DNA of 64,000 nucleotides from Haliotis rufescens. Its lineage: Eukaryota. The stretch lies in the NCBI RefSeq assembly GCF_023055435.1, contig NW_025963868.1, positions 19,654,001 through 19,718,000 on the forward strand. Direction: 5' to 3'. Below, in pieces: positions 24,990 through 38,872 of the stretch. Within the stretch, counting starts at the first letter, position 1; each line of letters starts with the position of its first letter. The notes beneath the pieces were generated by a model. The model was given only the letters and a program-made list of their open reading frames with translations, had not been told where the DNA came from and made no database searches. A program made the translations under genes and the position numbers.

Positions 24990-26883
24990 GTAAGTGTTGA
25001 CAATATTTCATAGCTTCACTCAACATTGTAGAAAGAACTCTTCCATTTGCAGTGTTCCCAGACCAAACGAGTCTCCCTACATAGAGATGTATCTGGGAAT
25101 TTCAACTAAATACATGTAGAGGGGAAATTGGAGAAAACGACTCATCTTTTTGTACCAAATTATAGAGTATTTCTGTATTCTTATGTTCTTACATTCAGAG
25201 GTCCTGAAGCAGTCAATGCAGTGATGTCAAACTAGGACACATATACAAAGATGTAACATATTCAGTCAAAATGTATGATAAACTGAAATGGGATATTCCA
25301 ATTTTGAAGACATAGGGGCCGAATTTCAGCCCATGAGAATGTCTAGATCGATCCTAGCTGCATTACTGTGTACACAATGTTTCTATTCTTGTGACTGGTT
25401 GATGGTGACTGAAATATAGGAAATAATTATACTTATATGATGGACCACATTGTACGATTCGTACCAATGTCTGATGCAAGGGACGGTTTAACGAACTTGA
25501 ATGTAAAACCTGAACCAGGTACATGTTAACGTGAAAAGCTAGTTGCACCAGACTAAACCAAGTTGCACCCTAAATTTATCAAAGTTAAAACACTGATGCA
25601 TGCATGCTTCATTTTGAAAATTGTCCAAGAAAGTAGAGTTACTTTGTTTGAAGGTGTGATAGGCCTTAGTGTTATCAGTATGGTCACAGCGACAGACAGA
25701 TATGTTGGCGTTCATCAGTGAGCACCAGACCAGTGATACTAAGTTGACACTTGGAGTTTCAAGTGGTCGTAATTGTGAAGTTACTGTGTTATTAAACAGT
25801 CCCCAACATCCAGTTACTTATCCATGGTGTGACGTGATATGCGGACAAAACATGTCCCTGACTGACCTCCACTGTTCCAGTGACATTTGATGGACGTAAA
25901 TCAGGTGCTGTGTTCTGGATTACCATCATCAGTAGGGGTCAAGAGGTGGGCATGACAACGATGAACATGACAGAATATGTAACAGACAGCACATTAAGGG
26001 ATAGACACCGCCTTTGTCTGCTAGTCCAAACTAGTGAAAATCTATTTGGACTAGTTGTTGTCTCCTGTAATCTGGTTGCTCTAAATAAGCCTCTTATTAT
26101 GTTATGGCCCAGTTGTATTTGACCAGTGGTGTCTACCCTGGCTGTTGTTTGGTTTTTGAGTGTGTGTCATGTTCATCCATAACGTGGCATCCATTAGCTC
26201 CAACAGTTCATTCTGAGATGCCAGTGACAGAGCTGTTAGTTCACTTTGGATAGTTCATCTACTAACAAGACTGTTTCTTCAGAAATGTTTGCACACAATG
26301 ATGTGCTGCTGATTAAGTATTATTTTTACATATGTCATTTCCATGGAAACAGTTTGTATCCTGGCTGTCACGGATCTCTTTCAATCGTTCTGGCACTATG
26401 AATGGGAATATGTCCTGCTGACTATCTGACTCTGCAGCCCAGTGTGGCTGGTCTACTTCTGAGACTTATTGATGAAGGCATTCATCCAGGTCTTTGTGTA
26501 CTGCAGCTAGCTGCTCCAGTGTTGTGGGTCCTAGGTCCCTGAATGAGCTCATCCCGAATGTAGATGAACAACATGGAACCATCGCTCTAGACCTTGCACA
26601 CAGCAAGATGGTACCCTCGTTCCTTTCTTATTCCAAACTGAAGATAATAATGATAATAAGTGTCAGTTTACAAGCTTTAGAGAAGGAAAAAGGAATGGGA
26701 AACCTCAGTTATGTGTTGTAGGTTCTACACAAATATTGTCTTTAGGATTCATAGGACATTTCAGCATAATGTCAGACATGATTGATATAAATAGATACAT
26801 GTGAAGTTTATTTTTTATTCCTCACTGGAACCTTGTTTGTATGTCTTCTGGGTCTGGGAGATGTATTGATGCATGTTGTACTG

Positions 26884-29336
26884 CACTGTGGTCAAACTAT
26901 GCATCCAACATGTGTGCCATGTTCGTGTAGAATCATTGTGGTCAAACTATGCATCCAACATGTGTTCCATGTTCGTGTAGAATCATTGTGGTCAAACAAT
27001 GCATCCAACATGTGTGCCATGTTCGTGTAGAATCATTGTGGTCAAACTATGCATCCAACATGTGTTCCATGTTCGTGTAGAATCATTGTGGTCAAACTAT
27101 GCATCCAACATGTGTGCCATGTTCGTGTAGAATCATTGTGGTCAAACTATGCATCCAACATGTGTGTCATGTTCGTGTAGAATCATTGTGGTCAAACTAT
27201 GCATCCAACATGTGTGCCATGTTCGTGTAGAATCATTGTGGTCAAACTATGCATCCAACATGTGTGCCATGTTCGTGTAGAATCATTGTGGTCAAACTAT
27301 GCATCCAACATGTGTTCCATGTTCGTGTAGAATCATTGTGGTCAAACAATGCATCCAACATGTGTGCCATGTTCGTGTAGAATCATTGTGGTCAAACTAT
27401 GCATCCAACATGTGTTCCATGTTCGTGTAGAATCATTGTGGTCAAACTATGCATCCAACATGTGTTCCATGTTCGTGTAGAATCATTGTGGTCAAACTAT
27501 GCATCCAACATGTGTTCCATGTTCGTGTAGAATCATTGTGGTCAAACTATGCATCCAACATGTGTGCCATGTTCGTGTAGAATCACTGTGGTCAAACTAT
27601 GCATCCAACATGTGTGCCATGTTCGTGTAGAATCATTGTGGTCAAACTATGCATCCAACATGTGTGCCATGTTCGTGTAGAATCATTGTGGTCAAACTAT
27701 GCATCCAACATGTGTGCCATGTTCGTGTAGAATCATTGTGGTCAAACTATGCATCCAACATGTGTGTCATGTTCGTGTAGAATCATTGTGGTCAAACAAT
27801 GCATCCAACATGTGTGTCATGTTCGTGTAGAATCATTGTGGTTAAACTATGCATCCAACATGTGTTCCATGTTCGTGTAGAATCATTGTGGTTAAACTAT
27901 GCATCCAACATGTGTGCCATGTTCGTGTAGAATCACTGTGGTCAAACTATGCATCCAACATGTGTGCCATGTTCGTGTAGAATCACTGTGGTCAAACTAT
28001 GCATCCAACATGTGTGCCATGTTCGTGTAGAATCATTGTGGTCAAACTATGCATCCAACATGTGTGTCATGTTCGTGTAGAATCATTGTGGTCAAACAAT
28101 GCATCCAACATGTGTGTCATGTTCGTGTAGAATCATTGTGGTTAAACTATGCATCCAACATGTGTTCCATGTTCGTGTAGAATCATTGTGGTCAAACTAT
28201 GCATTCAACATGTGTGTCATGTTCGTGTAGAATCATTGTGGTCAAACTATGCATCCAACATGGATGCCATGTTCGTGTAGAATCATTGTGGTCAAACTAT
28301 GCATCCAACATGTGTTCCATGTTCGTGTAGAATCATTGTGGTCAAACTATGCATCCAACATGTGTGCCATGTTCGTGTAGAATCATTGTGGTCAAACTAT
28401 GCATCCAACATGTGTGCCATGTTCGTGTAGAATCACTGTGGTCAAACTATGCATCCAACATGGATGCCATGTTCGTGTAGAATCACTGTGGTCAAACTAT
28501 GCATCCAACATGTGTGTCATGTTCGTGTAGAATCATTGTGGTCAAACTATGCATCCAACATGTGTTCCATGTTCGTGTAGAATCATTGTGGTCAAACTAT
28601 GCATCCAACATGTGTGCCATGTTCGTGTAGAATCACTGTGGTCAAACTATGCATCCAACATGGATGCCATGTTCGTGTAGAATCATTGTGGTCAAACTAT
28701 GCATCCAACATGTGTGTCATGTTCGTGTAGAATCATTGTGGTCAAACTATGCATCCAACATGTGTGCCATGTTCGTGTAGAATCATTGTGGTCAAACTAT
28801 GCATCCAACATGTGTGTCATGTTCGTGTAGAATCATTGTGGTCAAACTATGCATCCAACATGTGTTCCATGTTCGTGTAGAATCATTGTGGTCAAACTAT
28901 GCATCCAACATGGATGCCATGTTCGTGTAGAATCACTGTGGTCAAACTATGCATCCAACATGGATGCCATGTTCGTGTAGAATCATTGTGGTCAAACTAT
29001 GCATCCAACATGGATGCCATGTTCGTGTAGAATCATTGTGGTCAAACAATGCATCCAACATGTGTGTCATGTTCGTGTAGAATCATTGTGGTCAAACTAT
29101 GCATCCAACATGTGTGCCATGTTCGTGTAGAATCATTGTGGTCAAACTATGCATCCAACATGTGTGCCATGTTCGTGTAGAATCACTGTGGTCAAACTAT
29201 GCATCCAACATGTGTTCCATGTTCGTGTAGAATCATTGTGGTCAAACTATGCATCCAACATGTGTGCCATGTTCGTGTAGAATCATTGTGGTCAAACTAT
29301 GCATCCAACATGTGTGCCATGTTTGTGTGGAATCAG
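26884..29336 (+). repeat. 50-bp minisatellite, about 49 copies
   Basis: Unit GTCAAACTATGCATCCAACATGTGTGCCATGTTCGTGTAGAATCATTGTG, with no length variants. Confidence 0.97.
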
Positions 29337-31182
29337 TGTGATCTGGTAATAGCATTAATCAATATATTTTATATCTGAAGGTAACTGTTGCCTTCAAGGC
29401 TTATTTGTAATATGAACATGATGAGAATGAGTGGGTTAAGATTTAGCTTCAATTTTACTGCCACGTCAACAACATTGCAGCCATGTAGAGACTGTGAGAC
29501 AAGAAAATGAATTTCCTAGAATGTCACAAGGGTTTTAGTAGTAATCAAAAACCACTTGACATTCCTCATATTGTTTTAGAAAATGTGGATTCCCCGAGAA
29601 TAGCTGCAAAATTACTGATGCGGCATTAAGTAAAGCTTACTCACTTACTCACCACTATCAGTGCCATGTTTGTTTCAAGTTAAAGTGCATTTTTGGATAT
29701 GACAGCATAGAAATATTCTACTTCCTTATAAGAAATTACAACAAGACATAAGTCATCTTGGGGACTGCATACTTCAGTGGAGGTATCCCTTGTCACATGA
29801 GTGTGCACTTATTGCGCAGGTTGTTATAGCTGCATGAGGATAGCTTGGCCTCGTGCTGACATAACCAAAGTGATTTTTAAGCAAGTAGGTGTGAAAACTA
29901 ACACTGCTGGCTAGCCTCGTCTCTCCACAGACTCACAATTAGAGTGACCTAAATAACTGGTGAACACCATTTTCTGCAGTAGTTCCACCCTTCCTGCAGT
30001 TCTCGTTTATTGAGTGTTATTTGTGTGATCACACATTGAATCTGCACAAATTTTTTCCTGAATTGTTTTTAGTTTCTTTTTGGGGGGTTGGTTGTGAAAA
30101 TATGTGAGCTTGGTGTTCAGCTTGCTCTAGCTGTAGTGGCTGAGATCAGCTGGGAAGACTCCATGCATTTCATTATCCTCACTCAGGGCTGTCCTGTCAC
30201 TTGATTGGCTGCTATATGCTGACATCACAGTTTTCACTTTAGAGCCGAGTGCACAAGTGTAGTCTGATTGGTTGGTTGTGATGAAAGAACTCTTTTGATT
30301 GGCTGTTGATGATGTAGTCAGTGTTTCAGTGAGAATGCAGTTTGTAATCTACATAAGCCATCAGCAGGATGTGCAGACATTGCAGGGAGGCTTTGGGTTG
30401 GCCTAGTTACTGCTGCAGTGTAATTTTGCACTTAGAGTGTGCACTTGTGCATCATTTGCACAACACTGGCACAACATCTGTTCAAATGCTTACAATAATT
30501 AAACAGATCTAGGTTTCAGCAGGCTGTTATGCAAGGCACTTTCGAACTAAAGGCATGTTACACAGAGATCCATGTAGACAGTTAGCAGCACTCTTCACAA
30601 AACACCTGAGCCATAATCACAATAATGCAAAAGCACAGCAATTGACAATTAATTACTTTCATATATATTTTTGTTATCCATGTTCAATGAAAGTCAGTCC
30701 TTCTGTAGCATTAATGTGTTCCAAGTCAATAATTCAAGCTATCCCTGTACAGGCAGACGTGAAGCAGGTCAGGACTTGTATCAGTCATCTTTGTCATCGT
30801 AAAACAGTTTCAGAGAAATTATTGTCATCATAGGGGAAGTCATCTTTGTTCTCGTTATGTTATTGTTAAACAAGGAAATACAGTATGTCAGATTAATAGA
30901 TTACAAATGTGCACTTGAAATTCTTTTGGAAGTAGAAACTAGGAGTACTTTCAAGTTGATCTTCCTCATCCTTGAGACCTGGTGTACATGCCAAACATTG
31001 TTCAGGTATCTCAAAACTCACATTAACTCTTGAATTAAGGGAAGCAGTATTTATCTCTGTACCATTTATGAACAATGAAGTTTATTTGGGTTATTAATAT
31101 TTTTAGACATTCTGTGTTTTTCTGTATTTTTTTACTAGCTTTGGTTACCTGACCCTGTCACTGATTCAGTTAGAATTAGATT

Positions 31183-31577
31183 AGGTGATTGGGGAGAGCT
31201 GGTGATGCATCCTGCTAATCAGGGTGATTGGTGACGAGCTGGTGATGCACCCTGCTAATCAGGATCATTGGTGACGCACCCTGCTAATCAGGGTGATTTG
31301 GTGACGCACCCTGCTAATCAGGATCATTGGTGACGCACCCTGCTTATCAGGGTGATTGGTGACACACCCTGCTAATCAGGATCATTGGTGACGCTGCCTG
31401 CTAATCAGGGTGATTTGGTGATGCACCCTGCTAATCAGGGTGATTTGGTGACGCACCCTGCTAATCAGGGTGATTGGTGACGCACCCTGCTAATCAGGGT
31501 GATTGGTGACGCACCCTGCTAATCAGGGTGATTGGTGACGCACCCTGCTAATCAGGGTGATTGGTGACGAGCTGGTG
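31183..31577 (+). repeat. About 29-bp minisatellite, about 13 copies
   Basis: Unit GGGTGATTGGTGACGCACCCTGCTAATCA (self-complementary). Confidence 0.9.
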
Positions 31578-34180
31578 TGTACAGTTGTAGTGTGATGTAA
31601 TCATGTAAGGACACAAGACGTGTGTACAGTTGTAGCGTGATGTAAGGACAAAAGGCATGTGTACAGTTATACTGTGATGTAAGGACACAAGCCGTGTGTA
31701 CAGTTGTATTGTGATGTAAGGACAAAAGGCATGTGTACAGTTATACTGAGATGTAAGGACACAAGACGTGTGTACAGTTATACTGAGATGTAAGGACACA
31801 AGCCGTGTGTACAGTTATACTGAGATGTAAGGACACAAGCCATGTGTACAGTTATACTGAGATGTAAGGACACAAGACGTGTGTACAGTTATACTGAGAT
31901 GTAAGGACACAAGCCGTGTGTACAGTTATACTGAGATGTTAGGACACAAGCCGTGTGTACAGTTATACTGAGATGTAAGGACACAAGACGTGTGTACAGT
32001 TATACTGAGATGTAAGGACACAAGCCGTGTGTACAGTTATACTGAGATGTAAGGACACAAGAGGTGTGTACAGTTATACTGAGATGTAAGGACACAAGCC
32101 GTGTGTAGAGTTATACTGAGATGTAAGGACACAAGACGTGTGTACAGTTATACTGTGATGTAAGGACACAAGACGTGTGTACAGTTATACTGTGATGTAA
32201 GGACACAAGATGTGTACAGTTGTAGTGTGATGTAAGGACACAAGCCGTGTGTACAGTTATACTGTGATGTAAGGACACAAGGCGTGTGTACAGTTATACT
32301 GTGATGTAAGGACACAAGGCGTGTGTACAGTTATACTGAGATGTAAGGACACAAGGCGTGTGTACAGTTATACTGTGATGTAAGGACACAAGACGTGTGT
32401 ACAGTTATACTGTGATGTAAGGACACAAGCCGTGTGTACAGTTATACTGTGATGTAAGGACACAAGAGGTGTGTACAGTTGTATTGTGATATAAGGACAC
32501 AAGAGGTGTGTACAGTTATACTGAGATGTAAGGACACAAGACGTGTGTACAGTTGTAGTGTGATGTAAGGACAAAAGGCATGTGTACAGTTATACTGTGA
32601 TGTAAGGACACAAGAGGTGTGTACAGTTGTATTGTGATGTAAGGACACAAGACGTGTGTACAGTTATACTGAGATGTAAGGACACAAGCCGTGTGTACAG
32701 TTATACTGAGATGTAAGGACACAAGACGTGTGTACAGTTATACTGAGATGTAAGGACACAAGCCGTGTGTACAGTTATACTGAGATGTAAGGACACAAGA
32801 GGTGTGTACAGTTATACTGAGATGTAAGGACACAAGACGTGTGTACAGTTATACTGAGATGTAAGGACACAAGACGTGTGTACAGTTATACTGTGATGTA
32901 AGGACACAAGACGTGTGTACATTTATACTGTGATGTAAGGACACAAGATGTGTACAGTTGTATTGTGATGTAAGGACACAAGCCGTGTGTACAGTTATAC
33001 TGTGATGTAAGGACACAAGCCATGTGTACAGTTATACTGTGATGTAAGGACACAAGGCGTGTGTACAGTTATACTGAGATGTAAGGACACAAGGCGTGTG
33101 TACAGTTATACTGTGATGTAAGGACACAAGACGTGTGTACAGTTATACTGTGATGTAAGGACACAAGCCGTGTGTACAGTTATACTGTGATGTAAGGACA
33201 CAAGAGGTGTGTACAGTTGTATTGTGATATAAGGACAAAAGAGGTGTGTACAGTTATACTGAGATGTAAGGACACAAGACGTGTGTACAGTTGTAGTGTG
33301 ATGTAAGGACAAAAGGCATGTGTACAGTTATACTGTGATGTAAGGACACAAGAGGTGTGTACAGTTGTATTGTGATGTAAGGACACAAGAGGTGTGTACA
33401 GTTATACTGAGATGTAAGGACACAAGACGTGTGTACAGTTATACTGAGATGTAAGGACACAAGACGTGTGTACAGTTATACTGAGATGTAAGGACACAAG
33501 ACGTATGTACAGTTATACTGAGATGTAAGGACACAAGACGTGTGTACAGTTATACTGTGATGTAAGGACACAAGGCGTGTGTACAGTTATACTGAGATGT
33601 TAGGACACAAGACGTGTGTACAGTTATACAGAGATGTAAGGACACAAGACGTATGTACAGTTATACTGAGATGTAAGGACACAAGACGTGTGTACAGTTA
33701 TACAGAGATGTAAGGACACAAGATGTGTGTACAGTTATACTGAGATGTAAGGACACAAGCCGTGTGTACAGTTATACTGAGATGTAAGGACACAAGACGT
33801 GTGTACAGTTATACAGAGATGTAAGGACACAAGCCGTGTGTAGAGTTATACTGAGATGTAAGGACACAAGACGTGTGTAGAGTTATACTGAGATGTAAGG
33901 ACACAAGCCGTGTGTAGAGTTATACTGAGATGTAAGGACACAAGCCGATGTGTACAGTTAAACTGAGATGTAAGGACACAAGCCATGTGTACAGTTATAC
34001 TGAGATGTAAGGACACAAGCCGTGTGTAGAGTTATACTGAGATGTAAGGACACAAGCCGTGTGTAGAGTTATACTGAGATGTAAGGACACAAGCCGTGTG
34101 TACAGTTATACTGAGATGTAAGGACACAAGCCATGTGTACAGTTATACTGAGATGTAAGGACACAAGATGTGTACAGTTG
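31576..34180 (+). repeat. 37-bp minisatellite, about 70 copies
   Basis: Unit GTGTGTACAGTTATACTGAGATGTAAGGACACAAGAC. Confidence 0.97.
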
Positions 34181-34836
34181 CACGTACTTTCTAACTCTTT
34201 TAGCATGTTTAGTTTTGATTGTTTGATCTGTAACCATATTGGGCCAGCTGTTGTGATGTAGATAGAATTTCTCAGGTATGAGGAAGATGGTGGGTTGTGG
34301 TGAGTGAGGTCGTGGTTGTGGCGGCCCAGCTGGTCATGCTGTTGCTTCTACACATCCTGGTCACAACACTGTCTGGTAGTAGTACTAGCACTGTATGCCG
34401 GGGCTTTGTCTTCCTGGTGGAACACTTCACCTCACCAGCTGCTTGTCAGTGGTTCACTGGCAGCCTGAACATCATCATTAACGCCTGCTACTGCTGACAG
34501 TGCTTGATTAACATTTAAGTACTGTGTACAATTGTTTAAGCACTGTGTACAAATGTTTAAGCACTGCAGCCTTAGATATTGGCACTAGTCCTATAGTCCT
34601 TACCAAACTGCCTAATAGTTAAGGTATCATATGGACTCATAGAAATTGGCCATCTTTAAGCATTTTGCTGTATGTTATCATTATAAGGACTAGGGGACTG
34701 AAACTGTTAGTTTCTATCGCTGCACTGTGTTCACATGTTTTTCCACTGTGTAAAGTGCTCAAGTCTTTAACCACTTTCACAGCGTGTACTGTGCACAAAT
34801 CTTTAGACTTGTGTGACCTGTGCTCTAAATTGAGCT

Positions 34837-35094
34837 AACCCGTGAAGATTCGGAGTCGAATAGGTCTTCAGCAACCCATGCTTGCCGTAAAAGGCAATTA
34901 TGCTTGGCGACTAACGGGATCAGGTGGTCAAGCTCGCTGACTTTGCTGTTGCATGTCATTGTATCCAAAATGCTTAGATCGATGCTCATGATATCAATCA
35001 CTTGATTGTTTGGTCCAGACACGATTATTTACAGACCGCCATCATAAAGCTGGAATATTTGCTGAGTGCGGTGTAAACAGCAAACCAAACCAAA
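34837..35094 (+). mobile_element. Near full-length SINE-like family A retroposon with 13-bp target-site duplication
   Basis: TCTAAATTGAGCT at 34824-34836 and again at 35095-35107. (CAAAC)n tail. Confidence 0.88.
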
Positions 35095-37491
35095 TCTAAA
35101 TTGAGCTGATTTCAGAATAGCTCTTCAACTGTAAAGCATTTCATGAAGTCTTTGTTGTTGTGCTCTTTTGAAGTTTCCATTAGAATTACTGTCACTAATT
35201 ATATTATTTTAGTGTGAATACTGCAAATTTTATTGCTTTTCATTTCAGTAACCCTTTGGGTCGTCAGTGTCACTGACCTTAAACCGTGAACAGTTGTATA
35301 ATGCATGTAAAATCAATGCCCAACATCACTAGGTGATAACTGTCGTACATAACAGTGATATATTGTCCCATATCCCATGGTGGCTGTAGCTGCTACTGAT
35401 CAATAGTTCACATTTTGCACGTCAATAGCACACTGACATCACTTTCAGCTCATCTCATTGGCTGCTTCTTGCGTCATTCACAAATATATTTGTATCCTTA
35501 CATCATAGATGTCATTATCATACCTTTTTCCATTGCTTGTAATGTCAATCAAGCCTTGCCAGTCTCAATAAGATGCTTGACAAATATTTTAAATGCCCCC
35601 CAAAATGTTTACTAAATCCGTAAATTTAAAGAAGTTTATGCATGTGAAAAAACTAATCATTAGTGAGTAAATATAAGTGCAGCTGTGCTACCTCATACTT
35701 TGACTGCTCCTTCCTTCATGTCATGTCATGTCAGTGCATGGCATCTGGTTTATGAGACTTATGCATGTCTTTGTTCATGCATTAAATTGTTTTTCAGTTG
35801 TTCATGAATACAAAGTAGTAATACTAATATGTAATTATATTGTATTACAAGTCATACTATAAATAATTCTGTTTTCCATCCAGTAATTAATTCTCATATG
35901 ACATTTGTATCTTTTGGCGATGTTGTCATGGTGATAAGAGTTGTATTTTCTCATCAGTTAGATCTATGAATATTAGCATGTCACAGCATCTCTGTGTTTC
36001 AGTAATTGTGTTACTGATCACCACTGTGATGGCCGGAGATGGCTGGTGATGTTGTTTCACAGTATTTGTTGAGTCATGGATAAACGAGTAGACAAAAATC
36101 AGTTGATATAGTTTAAGTACTGTATGAACGTTTCTCTCTTCATTGTTTGTACATCAGTGATCAATGTACATGTCTGTTTTTGTGTTTGTTAATATTTCTG
36201 GATTGATGATTTTATGAAGATTGTATTATTTTTTAAAAACAGTGAAATGGGTAAGAATAGTAATCTGTGACCGAGAGCGAGTGACCATTAACTTGGATTG
36301 ATATGAAACACAAGGTACAGGTTGAGATCTTTCTGTTGTCAACAAGGAAGCGTTCAGCAGTTAGCGTTCACCCTCCAGCTGCATCCGTGTAGGGGAGGAT
36401 GCTATGATGCCCCAGTAAAACATCCGAGTCGGCTGCGGGAGACCTGGGGACTCACCTGGGAGTCTTTGTTAGGGACACAACATATTTTATTTGCAACAAA
36501 ACATACCCAATAAAAATCAGGGAGCTGAACAGTTTGCCACAAGATGTTTTTTCTCTCTCAAACTCAAACTCAAACTTGTTCTCAAACTATTGTTTCTTAC
36601 TACTGACTACAGTGCCATGGAGAAGGCCTCATAAGTGCGTTGGTTGTGCCTAATCCATTGGATTTTTCACAAAAAATATCTTTTTAATCGTTGAAAGGAC
36701 ACCTATGGTGTGTTTAGAAAATAGCAGGCTTTTATTAAGGAGATTTGTAGTTCTTCATGAAATTACATCAATAACTGAATGACTAGTTTTATTGTCCAGT
36801 TATAACAGATCTCTAGTTCCCACATGCACTAGTAATTTGTTCTCCAGCAGCATCTGACTCTGGTGAAAGTAGTTTGTCAATGAATGGATGTGGTCATTGA
36901 TTGGGAGTTTGTTGATATGTGATAGTGACAAGCTGCTGCCATGTTGATATCTTGTAGTACTTATCGGCATGCTGGCTACCGTCTACTCTTGTAATATGGA
37001 ATTTTAGGTGACTCTACGTGAGTCTCCTTGTGCGACATTAGCATGTTTTTGATTTTGGGGTTTACAACACACTTTCACTCTCTTTGGTTTTACACATTGA
37101 TTTCGTGATAGAATTTTGTAATGAAACGTCCATCCCTCCTGCCACTTACTGGCCAGGAGTTGAGTGGTAAGGTCAATTATGCAGTGTTCATTTTGTCAGA
37201 AATATTGAAAACATAAACTCTTACAGTCTGTGGCTGAGAAGTATTGACATGTGAAGATATGAAACCCTGGGACCTAAACTCATGCACCCACCAATCACAG
37301 CCTCAGTTCCCTTGTGTCATTGCACTGTCAACTCCACTCACACCCACTGGATCTGCCAAATACATTCTGGCATTGCAGTCAAAACTATAACAGCTATGGG
37401 CCAGTGGAGGGAACCGGGGAGATATTCTCACTCCATTGTCTGGCTGGTCAATCTCACTATGTCATTAGGAAATTGTCAGTTTATGCAGTCA

Positions 37492-37803
37492 TAGGGACCG
37501 GTTATTTATTACTGGGTGCATGGGTCAGAGGAAATCAGGAAAGGGTCACCAAAACATATGACAGTCTCCGGGGGAGGGTCATAAAATATAACACATATCT
37601 GGGGAGGGTCATGAAAAAATGGATATTTTATAATAAAATATAAAGTGCTTTTGAATTTTGTCTTTTCAGGGCAGGTTGTGAAAAAAATGTAAATGGACAT
37701 GGGGACTGTCATCTTAAAATATGACAATCATTAGGGGAGGGTGATTACTTTCTGTATGATAATTAGTGTATCAAGAACCTCTGTAATACATTGAGTAGAC
37801 CCT
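37492..37803. mobile_element. Degenerate MITE with internal GGGGAGGGTCAT repeats
   Basis: AGGG...TTAC / GTAA...CCCT degenerate termini and four GGAGGGT(C/G)A-like motifs. Confidence 0.4.
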
Positions 37804-38729
37804 TGAATATCACCATGCGCATACCGTTATCATGCAGAGCTCCACTGTGATTAACAGAAACACTTTAGTGATATTATTCACCACACCCACTTGTAACGTC
37901 ACAAACATTGACTAGCCCTTGTCACTGTTACTGTTAGTAAGAGCTGGTAAACATGTTCAAAGTTTGCAAGTGTTCGCAAAATGATTTTGGAATGATAAGA
38001 TAACTTAGCCCTGACATTCATTGCAATGCTGCCAATAAAATAAATATTTTCTGTATTTGCCTACAAATTCCCCTAATAAGCTCTTTCAAACTTTGCCTAG
38101 CCACATATATGCAAGTGGTCTCGTGTTGATCTTCAACACTGTTAGATGGAGATCCTCAATATTTGTCACATGCTATTATTTGTCAAAACCTGAAAGGAAA
38201 AACGTATAAAACTGTGTGACAAATTGCTAATACCATTTTCAAATTAGCTTTGACCTGAAGATAAATATAGCTCCTTCAGCACCCCACTGCCCCTTTTTCT
38301 AGCATCTGTAAATGCCAGGGTTCCTGGCCCCACGCTTGGCCCCAGGTCACTGCTACTAATAGGGTAGGTGCCCAGCCTTCATTAGCCTCGGCCTCATCAC
38401 AGGCCCAGGAGCAGGTCTTGTCAAACTCTCATAAATCAGATGTATTTGGGGATGTCAGATGACGTCTATTTTCCTAAAATAAATTTAAGAATGAGGAAAG
38501 AAAAGGCTTGTTAAATATGGAATTGGGGATATGAAGAACAGATGACCTTTTGAGTTTATATAACCATCATGTGGGGCTGCAGCCAGGGGGCTGATGTATG
38601 ACAGGATCTGTTTTCCACTTTGTAATTGACACATTTGATAAGACTAGATATCAGGGCTAAATGTAGACAAGATATAGATGTGGATATGTTTTGTGGAAAG
38701 CAGAGGAACTACGGAGGAGATCACTCAGT

Positions 38730-38872
38730 GTGTGTGCTGTGCCTTGTGTGTGCCCCATGTGTGCCCCATGTGTGCCTTGTGTGTGCCCCATGTGTGCCCC
38801 ATGTGTGCCTTGTGTGTGCCCCATGTGTGCCTTGTGTGTGCCCCGTGTGTGCCCCATGTGTGCCCCATGTGT
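38730..38872 (+). repeat. Short 11-bp (GTGTGCCCCAT)-based repeat
   Basis: Directly visible tandem units. Confidence 0.85.

Noticed and set aside
26884-29336. Regular repeats that might be read as a CRISPR array (also the other arrays)
   Set aside because: Head-to-tail units with no unique spacers, no cas genes, and eukaryotic intron context.
36877-36890. CIC-binding octamers T(G/C)AATG(A/G)A in CIC introns (also 43322) suggesting autoregulation
   Set aside because: Several such octamers are expected by chance in 64 kb of AT-rich DNA; no clear clustering.
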